Under the pieces are notes generated by a model. The model was not told the origin of the DNA and made no database searches. It worked only from the letters and a program-made list of their open reading frames with translations. The position numbers and the translations under genes were made by a program. A DNA stretch of 63,887 nucleotides, filler included, from Folioceros fuciformis (lineage: Eukaryota): the NCBI GenBank assembly GCA_049999805.1. It is 11 parts of 11 records of this genome, joined end to end, with 100 filler letters (N's around TTAATTAATTAA, not from the genome) between each part and the next. Parts side by side here need not be neighbours in the genome. Positions count along the whole stretch, not along the records: positions 1 to 9,531 come from JBNGIO010003142.1; positions 9,632 to 12,825 come from JBNGIO010003143.1; 9 more parts are not named here. One strand, 5' to 3'. Position 1 is the stretch's first letter; each line of letters starts with the position of its first letter. Positions 1-12,600 of the stretch are shown here, piece by piece.

Positions 1-99
1 GGTCAAGACATATGGTTCATATCTTAGAGATAGTGCTTGCAAGGAGTATATGGTTCTTGTAACTATTTTTTTACGTGAAAAAATAGAAGGAGAGTCTAC

Positions 100-1800
100 A
101 TGCAAGTCCATGGTATGGGATATTCATAGATGAGGGGATAGACATGACAATGGTGTAACAAATAATTATTTATATCTATTTTTTATATAATGGGATAGTA
201 CGAACAGAGTTTTTAATCATAACTAATATAACAAGTCCACTACAGAAGGGATCTTCAACACCCTGGTTGAGCAATCGTCACTCTTTGATTTGGACATAAA
301 AATGAGTGGATTTGCAAGCGATGGAACTTCATTCATGGTTGGCAAGGACGAAGGCCACGAGATCACAATGTTGTGAAGTTTCTATGTAATATGAATCCAT
401 ATTTTGCTCAAACTTATTGTGTTGCTTACCGTATGGCGCTTACATTTGCAAAGGTAGCATCTATGGTTCCTGACTTTAAGGCAGCAGACAAGATTGCTAA
501 GAAATTGTATGCTATTTTTCATCATTCAAGTAATAAGACTACGGCTTTACGTGAATTGCATGTGCAATTAGAAATGCAAGTCTTAACTTATCATAAATTC
601 ATGATATCCGTAGGGTGTCTAGAGGACAAGCCATGAGCAGAATAGCTTGTCTATTACTAGTTTTATTTAAATTTGCTCATGAGAGCTTAAATTAGCCAAA
701 TGCTAATGAGAGTCCAATTAGTTTTTCTTCTTTGTAGGGGAAGACCGACTTTCAAGCTTTGCTAATGACTAAGGTATTATTTACATTTCACTTTTTATTA
801 GATATCTTAGAGGTCCTTAATTCCTTGAATACTAACTTTTAATATGATTATCTTAGTCAGGTAGCATAGGCCCCTCATAGATTCTGTTGTTGAATAAGTC
901 AAAAGTATGTATTAAGTTGATAGGGTGAGTATGGGGAGTAGAAAGCCTTTCTCTTTCATTGAAAACTTAGAAAAATGTTATGAAATGTATGAGGGTTTTG
1001 TAATATTTGACTACTTAGAAAAAAGTTATGAAATGTATGAGGGTTTTGTCATATTTGACTACTATGAAAGTGAACTAAGTTCTTGCATTATTAGTGCTAA
1101 TAAATATGCTTAGTTGTTGTTGATGCATTGAATAATAAGTTTCCTAATCTTTGTGTGTTGAATGGTTGTGGTCTGTTTAGTTCTAAATTTTATCTTGAAG
1201 ATGCCTATAAGTACATATAGTTAGCTAATAGTTTATTAAAGATATTGTTGAAAAAGTTTGGAACTAATTCTTTGGATACAAATACTAATGTTGTTGAGTT
1301 GTTAACCTTTGTGTCCATCTTAAAGTTTTCTTGTGTTCCATTAAGTATGTTAGCAACTTACAAAATATACTCAATAACTCGGGAACAAATAGTACCAACC
1401 CCTTTTATGTTAAGTCTTTGAAATTATGTCTGATCATACCTTGTGGTACTACTACATATGAGTGAGGATTTTTTAAACAAAACTTTGTGATGAATAATAT
1501 GAGAACTAATCTTAATATTTTGACCCTTGACCATTGATGAGTATATCGAGCAATGGCATGTTAAGTCATGCTAAGGAAATAGATTGAAATGGTATTCTTA
1601 ATGGCATGCTAAGGAGATACATTGGAATGGTATTTTCAAAGCTTGGAAAGACCAGCCCTGACCATAGAATAGATTAGACATTTATATGTTTTATATTTAT
1701 AAATATTTATTTACTATTTAGTGACCAAGGGTCGCAAAAAGGCACGGTCCCTGGTCGGTCCGGGACCGAGGGTAGCCAGGCTAGGCGGTCCCGGGAATTG
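100..1800 (+). mobile_element. Degenerate hAT-superfamily DNA transposon remnant (transposase pseudogene)
   Basis: Fragmented translation gives ASDGTSFMVGK (~313-345; cf. hAT TDGAxxMxG), AQTYCVAYRMAL (~405-441; cf. HCxAHxLxL) and a C-terminal dimerisation-like segment PCGTTTYE*GFFKQNFVMNNMRTNL (~1440-1515). Many stops and frameshifts. GGTCC/GGACC-rich subterminal-like region at 1745-1795. Ends not defined. Confidence 0.75.
965..1060 (+). repeat. 48-bp tandem duplication inside the hAT remnant
   Basis: acttagaaaaa(t/a)gttatgaaatgtatgagggttttgt(a/c)atatttgact occurs at 965 and 1013. Confidence 0.9.
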
Positions 1801-2874
1801 AGACAGTACTCGGTCAAAATGACGGCCTCTGAATCACAGCCAAGTACAATGGAGTGTGGAATCGCGAATCTGAAGTGGAGCTTCTACGTGCCAAAAAGGC
1901 TATCGGCAACACGTTTTCCATAGGTGGCGAGTGACACCTGTCTGATGCAGGATATGTATTATAAACGGGATTTTGCACACAACCTTGTGTACAAAAGCCA
2001 AGCCGCTTTGCTGACGTCAGCGAGAGCCCTGCAACCATGGTGTCCGCCCACAGGTTCCAGCACCATCTTGCTGATCTCTGGGCTCACATCCGTCCGGTAT
2101 GGCAGGTGACTGACCTGCCTACCCTCAAAGTGAGACACGCATGTCACTCCTACTTCCACCTACACCCATCTGCCATACCAAGGGCTGCCACCAATTCATG
2201 CAATGGTAAGTCAGCTTCGAATTTATGGACGCGTCAAAGTATGCTCTGCCTAAGTAAGAGCAATATCAGCCACCTTGAATTCTACAAGTCGAGTCCCAGT
2301 CAACTTATGGATAGGTAAGATAGTCCAAAGAGTCATCACTAACTTTATTACCTGGAACTACGGATCAGACAAAGCGCCATTTTAATATTGGCTGGAGCAA
2401 GTCAGAATCTAGGCTTGCGCGCTGGCTGAGGAACTTGGGCTAGAACTTAAGGACGCAAGAGACTGCAATTAGACTTACATTTCCCAGAGGTGATAAACCT
2501 TATCCGTTAGGGTACCGAGAGAACATGAAACAGCGTTCCTGCACTCCAGGATCTGCCTACCAATAGAATGTCTAAATCCAAAACTTGCCAGGGCCCCGCC
2601 CGTCTGCCTGCCTGTCTATCTACTTAATTGAACGTGGTCACAACAACGCGCCTCTCTTCCCACTCGAACAAGCTCCGCTACATGATCCATACGCTGAGGC
2701 CAGCTCCAGGTCTTGTTAACTCCCGCAGCCTGAATTCAGGATTGCAGCTCTCCGAAGCACTATGGGGCAATGGCCATCCATAGAAAAATTGCAGCCATGT
2801 CAAGTACATGCTCGCAAGGCAGGAGATAAGGCTGACTCTTGAAATGTCATCCGGCATAAGGAACTTTAGTTTGT

Positions 2875-4054
2875 TCACGGCTTGATCACAAACAATGGCT
2901 GCACAGTGGATTCAGTGTGAAATTGTGCGGTCAGTACGACAGAAACACACACTAATGACGGAAGATGGACCGTCTGGTTGCAAAAAATACTTACAGATTC
3001 GATGGACACAGGTTTCCCGTCTTCAGCAACGATTTCGAGCAGAGTACCAGATTGATCAGCCTACAGCGAGAACAGAAACGCATTACCACGGTTTAGACTT
3101 TCAAAAGGTTTTAGTTCCAAAAACCTAGGACAAGGCAGAGACGAGAGTTAAGAACCTCGATCTCGTTCATCAGCTTCATAGCCTCCACAATGCAGATGAC
3201 TTGCCCTTTCTGGATCTTGTCTCCGATCTGCAACAAGCACAGTACTACTCAGTACCCACACAGAGGAGGCGGAGTGACAAATCACAGATGTCCAATGCAC
3301 TAACCTTGACAAACGGCGGCTCACCGGGCCCGGGGCTCCGGTAGAAAGTGCCTGCCATGGGGGACAGCATCGCCGGCAGCGAGGGAGAAGGAGGCTTGGG
3401 GGCAGGAGCCTCGGCAGGGGCAGCCTTCACAATTTGCTCCGCAGGCCGGGAGACCTCGACCGCGGGCGGAGGGGGGGGCGGCCCGTAAGGATACGGAGTA
3501 TGTCCCATAATGTGAGGCCCAGGAAAAGCCGCCTGCACTTGCGACACCGGCGCCGGAGGAGGAGGGAGCGCCTCCGTCTTCCGTATCAGCAATTCATAAT
3601 CAAGATGCTTCAGCTCCAGCTCCACGATGTCCCTGGAATCCACAAGTCTGCATGCACACGCCATTCCCATATGAGCAAGCACCTGAAATTCCACACCACT
3701 CAACACAAAGTGCCCTCACACAACAGATCCCGCTCCTCACTTGATCAAGTTGGCCACATCCGACAAAAAGGCAGAGGCAGCTGTCTCTGGCGCAGCTTCT
3801 GCATTCGGAGCTGAAGGAGCAGGAAGCGGAGCCTCCGTCTTGAGCAGCTCCTCCTCCGCAGGAACGACCTTCACCTTCTCGTCAGCAGCCGACGCATGCG
3901 AATTGGAGCAGCGCACAGCGCCCCGCTGCTGCTGCGTCCTCGAGCCCGCAACCATAGACTGGCTCACTCCTCCAATTCTAGGCAAGGCGAGCTGTGCTGA
4001 AGGCCATTGCACAGTTCGCAGCTGCAGCGCTGTGCTGGCGGCTGAGGTAGCCAT
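2875..4054 (-). CDS. BCCP: Plastid acetyl-CoA carboxylase biotin carboxyl carrier protein; exons 4054-3741, 3647-3305, 3227-3156, 3060-2995, 2898-2875
   Basis: Ala/Ser-rich transit peptide, LIKLVDSRDIVELELK, Pro-rich linker, SPMAGTFYRSPGPGEPPFVK, biotinylation motif IVEAMKLMNEIE, then ADQSGTLLEIVAEDGKPVS and PLFVIKP*. All four introns are GT-AG and keep the frame. Confidence 0.95.
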
Positions 4055-5915
4055 AACGACGGAGGGCGGAAACGTGAGGCAGTGGACGCAGAAAGCTCTG
4101 CCTCAAAGGAGGAAATCCTCTTGCACAACGGAGGGAATGCTCTCGCGGAGGGAATGCTCCCGCGGCGTGGTCTGAAAAGGTGACGGGCAGAATTTGTCCT
4201 ATCCCCGAACGGAAATAGCGATGCCTCGCAAACCTAAGCTGCAAGAATGGAATGTTGGAATGTTAACCACGAGCCCGGGACGGACAAATCAACACCCGAC
4301 TCCTCCCAACCCGTCCCAAGGATCTTCTCACACGACAAACAATAGGGGATTGGAGTTTCCACCCAGAATTCTTTCATAGTCTGTCATTTGCACACACTCA
4401 CAAACGTTCATCATCATGACATTATAACTATAATAAATTATTACATGAAGATGTGACTAAAACAACATCAGTACACTATGAAACCCTGTCTTAGGTTAGG
4501 CAATTCAGATTTGTCTTAGAATGCCGTTTTGAACAAACTCTGGGGGCTAATCCCATTTTCGTGCATTTTTCAGTTCACTACATTTTGCATACATGTCCGT
4601 CAGGCAGTATTGTCATATCCGCCGGTCGTCTTTAGCTTTAGACACACTGTTAGTGCAATTGCCTGCCCTGTGAGGCCTTCAGAAGACACAGAGAGTGAAA
4701 TCGTGAGCAAAAAGCAGGTCCTCCGTCTCCATTTGTCCATACAGAGCAAGTCCACCATCTCTCAGCCCTTACTGAGCACACTCAGATATCAGGGCGCTCC
4801 ATGTCACCACATCCTTTGTGCTCACTCCGTCCAGAACTGTAGTATAACCTTCAGTGCACCAAATTAACAGGTCAGGGCATTCCATATCTATGAAAGACCT
4901 GCCGTGCCTTATTTCAGTTCTCCCCAATTTGCATACATGGAGCAAACATACAAGTCACTACGATTGCCACTGGGCAACACATCGTAGTGCACTTGTCTGC
5001 CAGATTACAAGTTGTGGGCACACATGTGGCACATGCTTGAAGGGCAGCTGCAAAGACTTGAGTATCCGCCTTCACTCCTGACGTACAGTACGCATCTCAC
5101 GGTACACTTGTATGGCCTCCTGAGGTTTCCCATGCTGAGCGAACGCAGAGATCATGGAAGACCACAGGAACACGTTCGGTTTGCGCACCGTGAAAAACAC
5201 ATCTTAAGCCTCCTGCAGACTGCCTCAACAGCAAGATCTGATTCCCCAAGGTTGCATTCCACTCATACCCAAGTTTGACAGTGAGATCATGAAGACCAGT
5301 CGTCAACCAGCCACAACCTAGTTGTACACAGTTTCAGCATGGAGCACAACAAGAAACACAGGATTCACAGAGATTGTGTGCGCCAACGAGGACAGGACTG
5401 CAACGGTCTCAGACGGCGTCCCCTGCACACGGATACAGCCTTGAACCATCATTTTGAAACCTATGAATGTCCGTAGGCATCCACACGAAACATCGCATCC
5501 CGAGGACTGAGGACTCATCTTCTTGGTTAGGGGCCGGGCGTCGCCATCTCAAACGGAGACTCCCGCTCCCGCGCGATCATGTTTCCGGAAGACATTAAGC
5601 TAACGTTTAGACGTTCCATTCCAGCACGAAGTACATGACAAAAAGAACAGTCCTGCGTAGCGTATTTTATAACAACTGGCTCAAAAGAGAGTACAGAGCT
5701 CAAAGGAAGGTACTGTACTACGCTTATAAAGTCTATGCACATTGCATGTATCCACTACAGGCAGTGCTATATTCCTTCCATGTGCACAATTGCCCTTATG
5801 CATCTGCCTCGTTACGACTTGCTACTACAAGGCCTTTGGAGTGTTCAAACCTTTTTTGACATTTACATCCCAACAGAAGGAGTCTGAATCCAAGCAGAGG
5901 TTGCTGGACAGTCCG

Positions 5916-6203
5916 TCAGCCTGGCACGCAGACGCCGTTGCTGCACAGGTAGGGGATGCTAAATGTACCCGGAGGAGGCCTGTAGCATTGGTTACCGCAG
6001 GCTCCGCAGTTGTCGAAATCTGTCAGAACGTCGACGCACACGCCGGAGCACAGGATACCTACCTCACAAGGCACAGGGGAGCTAGCAGGACCAGGCCGCG
6101 GACGCGGCCTGCTTGCTTCAACACCATGGCCGATCGTTCCCGCGCACAACATGCTTGTCAACAACAGCGCATACAAAAACAATGCGCTCTCCCGTCTTGC
6201 CAT
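5916..6203 (-). CDS. STIG1-like secreted cysteine-rich peptide
   Basis: 95-aa intronless ORF with a hydrophobic signal peptide and the STIG1-type core CSGVCVDVLTDFDNCGACGNQC...CSNGVC. TATAA on the minus strand near 6280-6284. Confidence 0.8.
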   Translation of the reverse strand: MARRESALFLYALLLTSMLCAGTIGHGVEASRPRPRPGPASSPVPCEVGILCSGVCVDVLTDFDNCGACGNQCYRPPPGTFSIPYLCSNGVCVPG

Positions 6204-7158
6204 CGCACCTTAAGCCTGCTGGCCACACAGGTTCCCCTCGCACTCCAATCTTGCTTGCCCTGCAGGTCGTGAAACCCCTTATAATGCCGTCCCGACGGCC
6301 CAGTCATTCAAGACACGGCCAGGCACGCTCTCCAGTCTTACGAGACTCGGCCACGCACGGGCCCAGTCTTTAGTTTGAGCTTAGACCGGGCCCAAGTTCA
6401 GAGCCAGGGCTACTGTCCGCTCTGGGATTCTTGGTTTAGAGGTCAGGCGGTCACCAGATGCACCACTGCCGACACACTTCCGTGGTGGCAGATGAAATGG
6501 CAGGGAGTCGTTTTGTCCTCTTTGGTGTGCCGAGTCAAGAAAAAAAATAAAAAAATAAAGCAGAAGTTCATCTCATTGCTGCCCTCGTTCACACTTCAAG
6601 CTCCTTGGCTTTTCTCACTCTCGGTTGTCAGCTCGTGAGCTTTTCTCACTTTTGGTTGGGAAATGAATGTGCGAGATGCTGGTTCTAGTTGCACACAGGT
6701 TTCTCCCTTCCAAGCTTCGGCTGGATGGAAGGCTCTCGTGCATGCTGCCTAACTTGGGAAAGCCGCCATGTTTTTCGTTCTCTCCGCTGTAGCTCAGCTA
6801 GTTGCGGAACAATACGTAGGATGAAGGAAACATAGGTAGGTAATTTGGAAAGAAGGACCTACTATGGAATTGTCAACGACTGGACTGGAGAGAAAAGAGA
6901 ATGGCAAGCGCAGATCGCTTGAATTGCAACATTTCAACACCACAACTCAGAATTTCAGATTTACAGAAGGTGCTTGCAACAGGACACATCCTACTGCAAA
7001 AGCGCCACAAATGAATGCAGCACTAGCCACTTCTGTAAAAATTTAGTTGCACAAGAAACCAAACAGTGTTGGAGGGGAGTTGGCAGACAGATAATTCCGC
7101 CTCCAGATGCTGCCTGTTTACAATCTAATGTGTCATCTTCAAATTGCTGTTTGTTGAC

Positions 7159-7756
7159 TCATTCGGTCCATGTAACATCAATGTTTCGGATCTCAGGTTT
7201 CTTCTCCTCCACCTTCGGCACGTTGACAGTAAGAACGCCATTTTCCACGCTTGCTGCAATCTGATCCAGCTTCACGTTCTTGGGAAGACGAAACTTTCGA
7301 AGAAATTGGCCGTAAGTCCGCTCGACATGGTGCCACTTGTCTGTCTCGTTCACCTCTTCCTTGCTGCGCTCGCCACTGATCTTCAGCACATTGCCGTCCT
7401 CAACTTCTACTTTCACCTCTTCTTTCCTCAGACCTGTAAAAAGTTGGCATCATGTATCATGTAAGTTCATCACACTAATGGCGCCTCCAGACCACCTGTG
7501 ACCCTCGACATCAAAATTGCATGGTGCACTGGGAGGTATGCTTACCAGGCAGATCAACCTTGAAGACGTGCGCAGTCGGTGTCTCCCTCCAATCAACTCT
7601 GGTGCTGGCTACAGCAGAAGCATCCCGAGCGAAAGAGCGCGCGGGAGTCCTCTCCGCTTGGCCAAAGCGCTCGAAGGGGTCCAAATGCAAAGTGAAAGTG
7701 CGGGGCTCCCAAGCACTGTCATTGCCGACGAGTGTGAAGAAAGGGGCCAACGCCAT
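7159..7756 (-). CDS. Cytosolic class I-like small heat-shock protein (HSP20/alpha-crystallin); exons 7756-7546 and 7433-7159
   Basis: [51 protein letters not shown]...[18 protein letters not shown]...[11 protein letters not shown]...IRNIDV. The phase-1 GT-AG intron 7545-7434 restores the frame. Confidence 0.93.
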
Positions 7757-7945
7757 GTATGTATGCGAGACTCTTCACCGGGTGGCAAGAATACGCACGA
7801 AGGGGAAACTTGCTGGAGGACACCACAGCTACCAATAGAGACAATCGCCTGGAATTCAGCTGCCGACAAATGTCGCTTAGAGCAGAAGCACTTACAAGGC
7901 ACTGCAATACATTAGATGCGCGTCTTAAGAAGGCCAGCCTTCATG

Positions 7946-8039
7946 TTCTGGAGCCTTCTCGCACAGACCGCTCGGACATGGCTACCAGCTTCTCGAAGTT
8001 GGAGGGAACAGGACCGTTCCGGTTCCTTCGCGAACTTTC
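7946..8039. promoter_or_regulatory. Heat-shock elements upstream of the sHSP gene
   Basis: Perfect three-unit HSE TTCgcGAActTTC at 8027-8039, TTCtcGAA at 7990-7997, and imperfect TTCtgGAGccTTC at 7946-7958, all 190-280 bp upstream of the ATG. Confidence 0.8.
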
Positions 8040-8975
8040 TTACTTTTGGTTCACAACGAAAAACTAAACATGCGCGTTTTAATGACAAGGGTTGTTGTTT
8101 ATATGACTACCTATTAAAAAATCCCATACATGCAATCCAATACATGCAATCCCAGGTTTCCCACTTGGCTTTAATTGTAGACGATTTCAGCTTTAATATT
8201 TCAAGCCATGATAAATAATTATTAAATGAGATGATAAATTTTTCTTATATGAATTTTATAAAATGATTATTTTTCTATTATATGAATAAATTTATCTATC
8301 CCCATGTATTCTTTTGATTTTTGTGATAACCAAAAACATCCTTGGATTTGTATGAGTAGAATATGGCATGCCACGACAGATAGATCTAATAGGGTTTACA
8401 CCTAGAGTATCTAACGGCATATATACGGAATACCGATACGGTGACGCCATCTTTGACATAAAGTTTTGTGCACGGCGGTTTAGAGTCCAAGCTTTTGGAC
8501 GTCACAAATCTACCCTCTTTAGTAGTAGGGCGCCATCTAGGCATCTTGATGGGGACAAACCTCTAGTGTCATAACATTTTGCTCCCTTGCACATTCACTT
8601 CGGGTTAGTCACTAAGTCATTAACTTTTTTTTGTTAGGTTTTGTGGTTCAGCATCCATCCGGGAGATGTCAATTCCTGAGTAAGTGGTAGGCGTTGGTAG
8701 AGATCCCCGAGCTCTGAGCACTGACATTTGTGTATGTAAGCCTTATGTGTTAGAAACCATCGGCTCTTACAATTGTGGCAAACCACGGGACCCTATAGGG
8801 ATATGGAAAACAGAGCTCACAGCACATGCATAATGGGGGATGTTGTGAGAGCACAACAACAAAAAGGAGCAGTGATGAAAGAGTGCACAACAATCAAAAG
8901 AAGACTGAGATGGACTAACAACGAGGAAAGGTACAGCACAATGAGGTGTGTCTTTGCACCCCTTAAATACGAGGG

Positions 8976-9164
8976 AGCATGGTGTGCACTACGGATTTGA
9001 AGGGTAACCGTGCAAATCTAGCATGGTGTGCACTACGGATTTGAAGGGTAACCATGCAAATCTAGCATGGTGGGCACTACGGATTTGAAGGGTAACCCTG
9101 CAAATCTAGCATGGTGCGCACTACGGATTTGAAGGGTAACCGTGCAAATCTAGCATGGTGCGCA
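8976..9164. repeat. 44-bp tandem repeat, ~4.3 copies
   Basis: Unit agcatggtgtgcactacggatttgaagggtaaccgtgcaaatct starts at 8976, 9020, 9064, 9108 and (partial) 9152, with 1-2 substitutions per copy. Confidence 0.95.
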
Positions 9165-9531
9165 TGTGGAGTGAAACTTGCACCCAAGAACCACCAAGGG
9201 GCCACACTTCCCCTTACTATCGTTGCAGTCTTATGATTCGCTCCCAAAGAAGTGAACTAATGTCAAGGTTACCTACATCTCCCTAATCTCACCCTATCTA
9301 TCAGCATATACCAAGTGCTACAGCAATAGGTCAGAAGTCTCGGTCTTGTCTTCGGCTCCTACCACAACACCAACCCCAGCCTCAACAAAATGAGAACTCC
9401 AGCATTGTCTTCAGCCTTCATTTCCAGCTCCAAGTATCAATCACTTCAGTGCTAAGAGGAGGCTCCAGCCCCAAGTCTGGCCTCCAACTCTCAGCACCTA
9501 GTGCTAGCTACCTCCGCAGCTGAACGAGAAC

Positions 9532-9631
9532 NNNNNNNNNNNNNNNNNNNNNNNNNNNNNNNNNNNNNNNNNNNNTTAATTAATTAANNNNNNNNNNNNN
9601 NNNNNNNNNNNNNNNNNNNNNNNNNNNNNNN
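9532..9631. other. Artificial scaffold gap linker (N44-TTAATTAATTAA-N44); identical linkers at 12826-12925, 15265-15364, 25215-25314, 29293-29392, 41487-41586, 44567-44666, 47892-47991, 54635-54734, 59958-60057
   Basis: Fixed 100-nt length with a core that has stops in all six frames. True gap sizes and contig orientation are unknown. Confidence 0.97.
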
Positions 9632-12600
9632 CCGCCCCACTCTCCCCATCGGCGGGCGCGTCCACCACAACTGCCAGTGCTGCAGGCGTTGCTCCACTGC
9701 CATCCTTGGCTCCAAGCACCTGCAGCTCCAACTCTGCATGAATCTCAGGGATTGTAGCATCCTCGCCACCCTTGCTACCTGTATCCTCATCGCCACCCCA
9801 GCTACCCACAATCTCGCTCCTGATCCCCGAAGATCCAGCCTCCGTTGACCCTCCTGCAGACGCAACCACCATTGCCCTTCCTGTACGCGTTGTGGCCACC
9901 ACCCCTGTATGCACGGGTTCAGGGTTGTTCCCTCCCATGCTGTCTGCTACCATTGCCCCTCCCTCGACTGCGGTGGCCACCGGCCCCGCTCGGGCAACAG
10001 CAGCTGCTGCCCCTCTTGGATTGGCAGCCTCCACTGCCACTCCTGGAAGGTCAGCCTCCACTGCCCCTCCTGCAGCAGCAACGGCTGCGGCACTACTTCT
10101 TGGTTCGGCGTCCTTCGCGCATTTTCCAGCACCATCAGCCGCTGCCCCTGCTGTTGGTTCCGCCTCCACCGACCAATCCTCCATCACGGTTGGTCGCTGC
10201 TCCTCGTATTCTGCCGACCTCCATCGGCCATACTCCACCAGCAGCTGCTGCTGCCTCCACAGCGGTCTCCTACATATCTACAGCCACACCTACTCCTCCT
10301 ATGTTAGCTTCCACTGGCCACCCTCTGGCCACAACAGCCATTGCCTCCACAGCGGTCTCCCCACAGTCTGCAGCCACACCTGTTCCTCCTCCTATGTTTC
10401 CCTCCACTGGCCACCCTCCGGCCACTACCTCCACAGGTGTCTCCCTAATATATGTGAGGCCACGTCCACCCTTGCCCTCGCCCTCCTCCCCCTTCCTGCT
10501 CACCAAAACCACCACTCCTACGTCTTCCTCATCCCGCTGCAATGGGCTCCATTCCTCATCTCCATCTTCTTCATACTGCCTTGTGATTTCCTCCATTCCT
10601 ACACCCCGAACACACCCTCTCCTGCAGCTAACGCAGCCTTCCCTTCCCCGCTGACCTTTTGTCCCCACTCCTCGCTCGCTTACCAACCTCGCCCTTGCAC
10701 TCCACTCGCCTTGCAACCCTCCCCACCTCACCCCTGCGCTGACTGCAGCCCACGCTGCCTGCACCCGCCATCCACCACGGCAACTCCCAATGCTCACTTC
10801 CAGCACAAGGCCGCCAACACCTCCAACCCTCTATCCAACACGTTCGATTCGCCACCCTCCTAATGCCGACTCGAACTGGATGCTGACAGTAGCACGCAGC
10901 GGTGGAAGCAGCCCGCCTAGATCCTACAACCCACAACTCCCAGCTGCCACGACGCTGCTCTCCACTCTCTTGCCCGCACGCTCATGGTTCGGCATGTCAC
11001 TCCCACGAGGAAGGCGCCGCTGTTTCGGTTTTCGGGTCGCCAAAGTTTGCAAGCACAACCCGTCTCGCGCTTGACAAAAAAACGAAACCCTCCACAGCTA
11101 GATGCTCTGTCTACCCTCGTCAGTCGTCGCGGATGCACCCTCCCAACACCGGGTTTCACCACTACACGATTTCGGGTTGCATAGTCCACCTATGGGCCCA
11201 GGACGGGCTGCCATCCTTGCCTGTTGGACTGCTTACTACTCTGATGTTTATAGCTGGTTGTCACACATATCCCCGAGATGTCTCACCTCGTGATATTACG
11301 CCATTTCCTTTTGTTTTGCACCAAATACATAGGCATGTAACCCCGCACCCACATCCCATCATGCCCTACGCCCCCGTCTCATCAGGCCATCCCACCGAAT
11401 CGCCTAATCGTGTTTCCAGCACATGTCGTGGCCCACAGCCGACCAGATCCATCCCCTCCTTGTACTTGAAATCTGTTCAAGAACGAACCTCCACGCCATC
11501 CACCACCTTCCCTACGGGTCGCGCTATGTCTTGCATTCTTCCAATGCTTGCTGCGCACAAACAGGACTGCGCGGGAGGTGTCCATATCCCTCATGACTGC
11601 CACAAGCTGGAACTCACACCCGATTACGGGACCGTGTCCATGGATATTGCCTCCTCAAACAGACGAATCGTGTCCTTCGTTGTGTCGCCGCTTGCAGGAT
11701 TACATGCTTCCCAATAAGGGTTTCCCCATCCATTGTGCCGCCGTAGTCCCTTTGGTGGGAATGTTCAGTGGGAACATGTCCTTGCCCACAGCTCGTTCTC
11801 CCCCACACCCTTCACCTTCACACGCCTAAGCCTGCGGGTTGGTTTATCTTTTTATATGCTAAGTTATGTTCCTGAATTCTGGCAAACAGCTGTCCTTCAC
11901 GCCTTAGTGGCAGCTCCGTCTACCCTCACATGGCGTTAAACGCATGCCTTTCCACAAACCCCACCCCCCATCTCCGCCCCATGTCCATCACATGTCTTCA
12001 CTACACACTTTCATTTCCAACATCGTAACTTGTGCCCCTCTCAACCCTCCACTACGCCCTTCAACAATATTTTCATTTGTATACCAATATATATACATAT
12101 GTGCAGCACACCATATATAGGTTCCTTTTTCCAAGTGTGCTCGGTTGTGACATGACATGCACCGTCCTTGCTAGGCCATCGGCAATCAATATAGCATAGT
12201 TTTCATCTGTGGTGCTTGCAAGAATGCCTTGGTGTAGTCTATATACAAATGGGTTGCTTCCAACAAAGGGTATACACTCGCGAACTTATATGTAGCTACA
12301 GTCCTTGGCCATCGACGCTTCTGATTGATCCAACCTCGCGACCTGATACACAAATGTTGTCCTTGGCCATTGATGTTTGTTATTCATAGTAATTTGCATC
12401 ATTCTACTCCGTTGTGGACGTTGGGTATCGCCCCCTTTTTCATGGTCCTAACTCTCAATCTCCAAGTACGTTGGAGTCCTTGGCCTTTGACACTCGTGCT
12501 TTATCCAACTTTGCAAACTTGTTCGTCCTTGAAGACAATGTTCATCGCCCATTGTCATTTTCCCTTATCACACCCTACTTTGTCGCATGCACTTGTACAC

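Noticed and set aside
3434-4175. Plus-strand ORFs 3434-3814 and 3741-4175
   Set aside because: They are antisense shadows of the GC-rich BCCP exons. The same applies to the many short plus-strand ORFs over the sHSP and pullulanase genes.
4529-5859. Short ORFs between BCCP and the STIG1-like gene
   Set aside because: No recognisable motifs and no consistent exon chain.
8976-9164. CRISPR-like array (also considered for 24429-24551 and 54735-54901)
   Set aside because: The units are directly adjacent with no unique spacers, there are no cas genes, and the context is eukaryotic.
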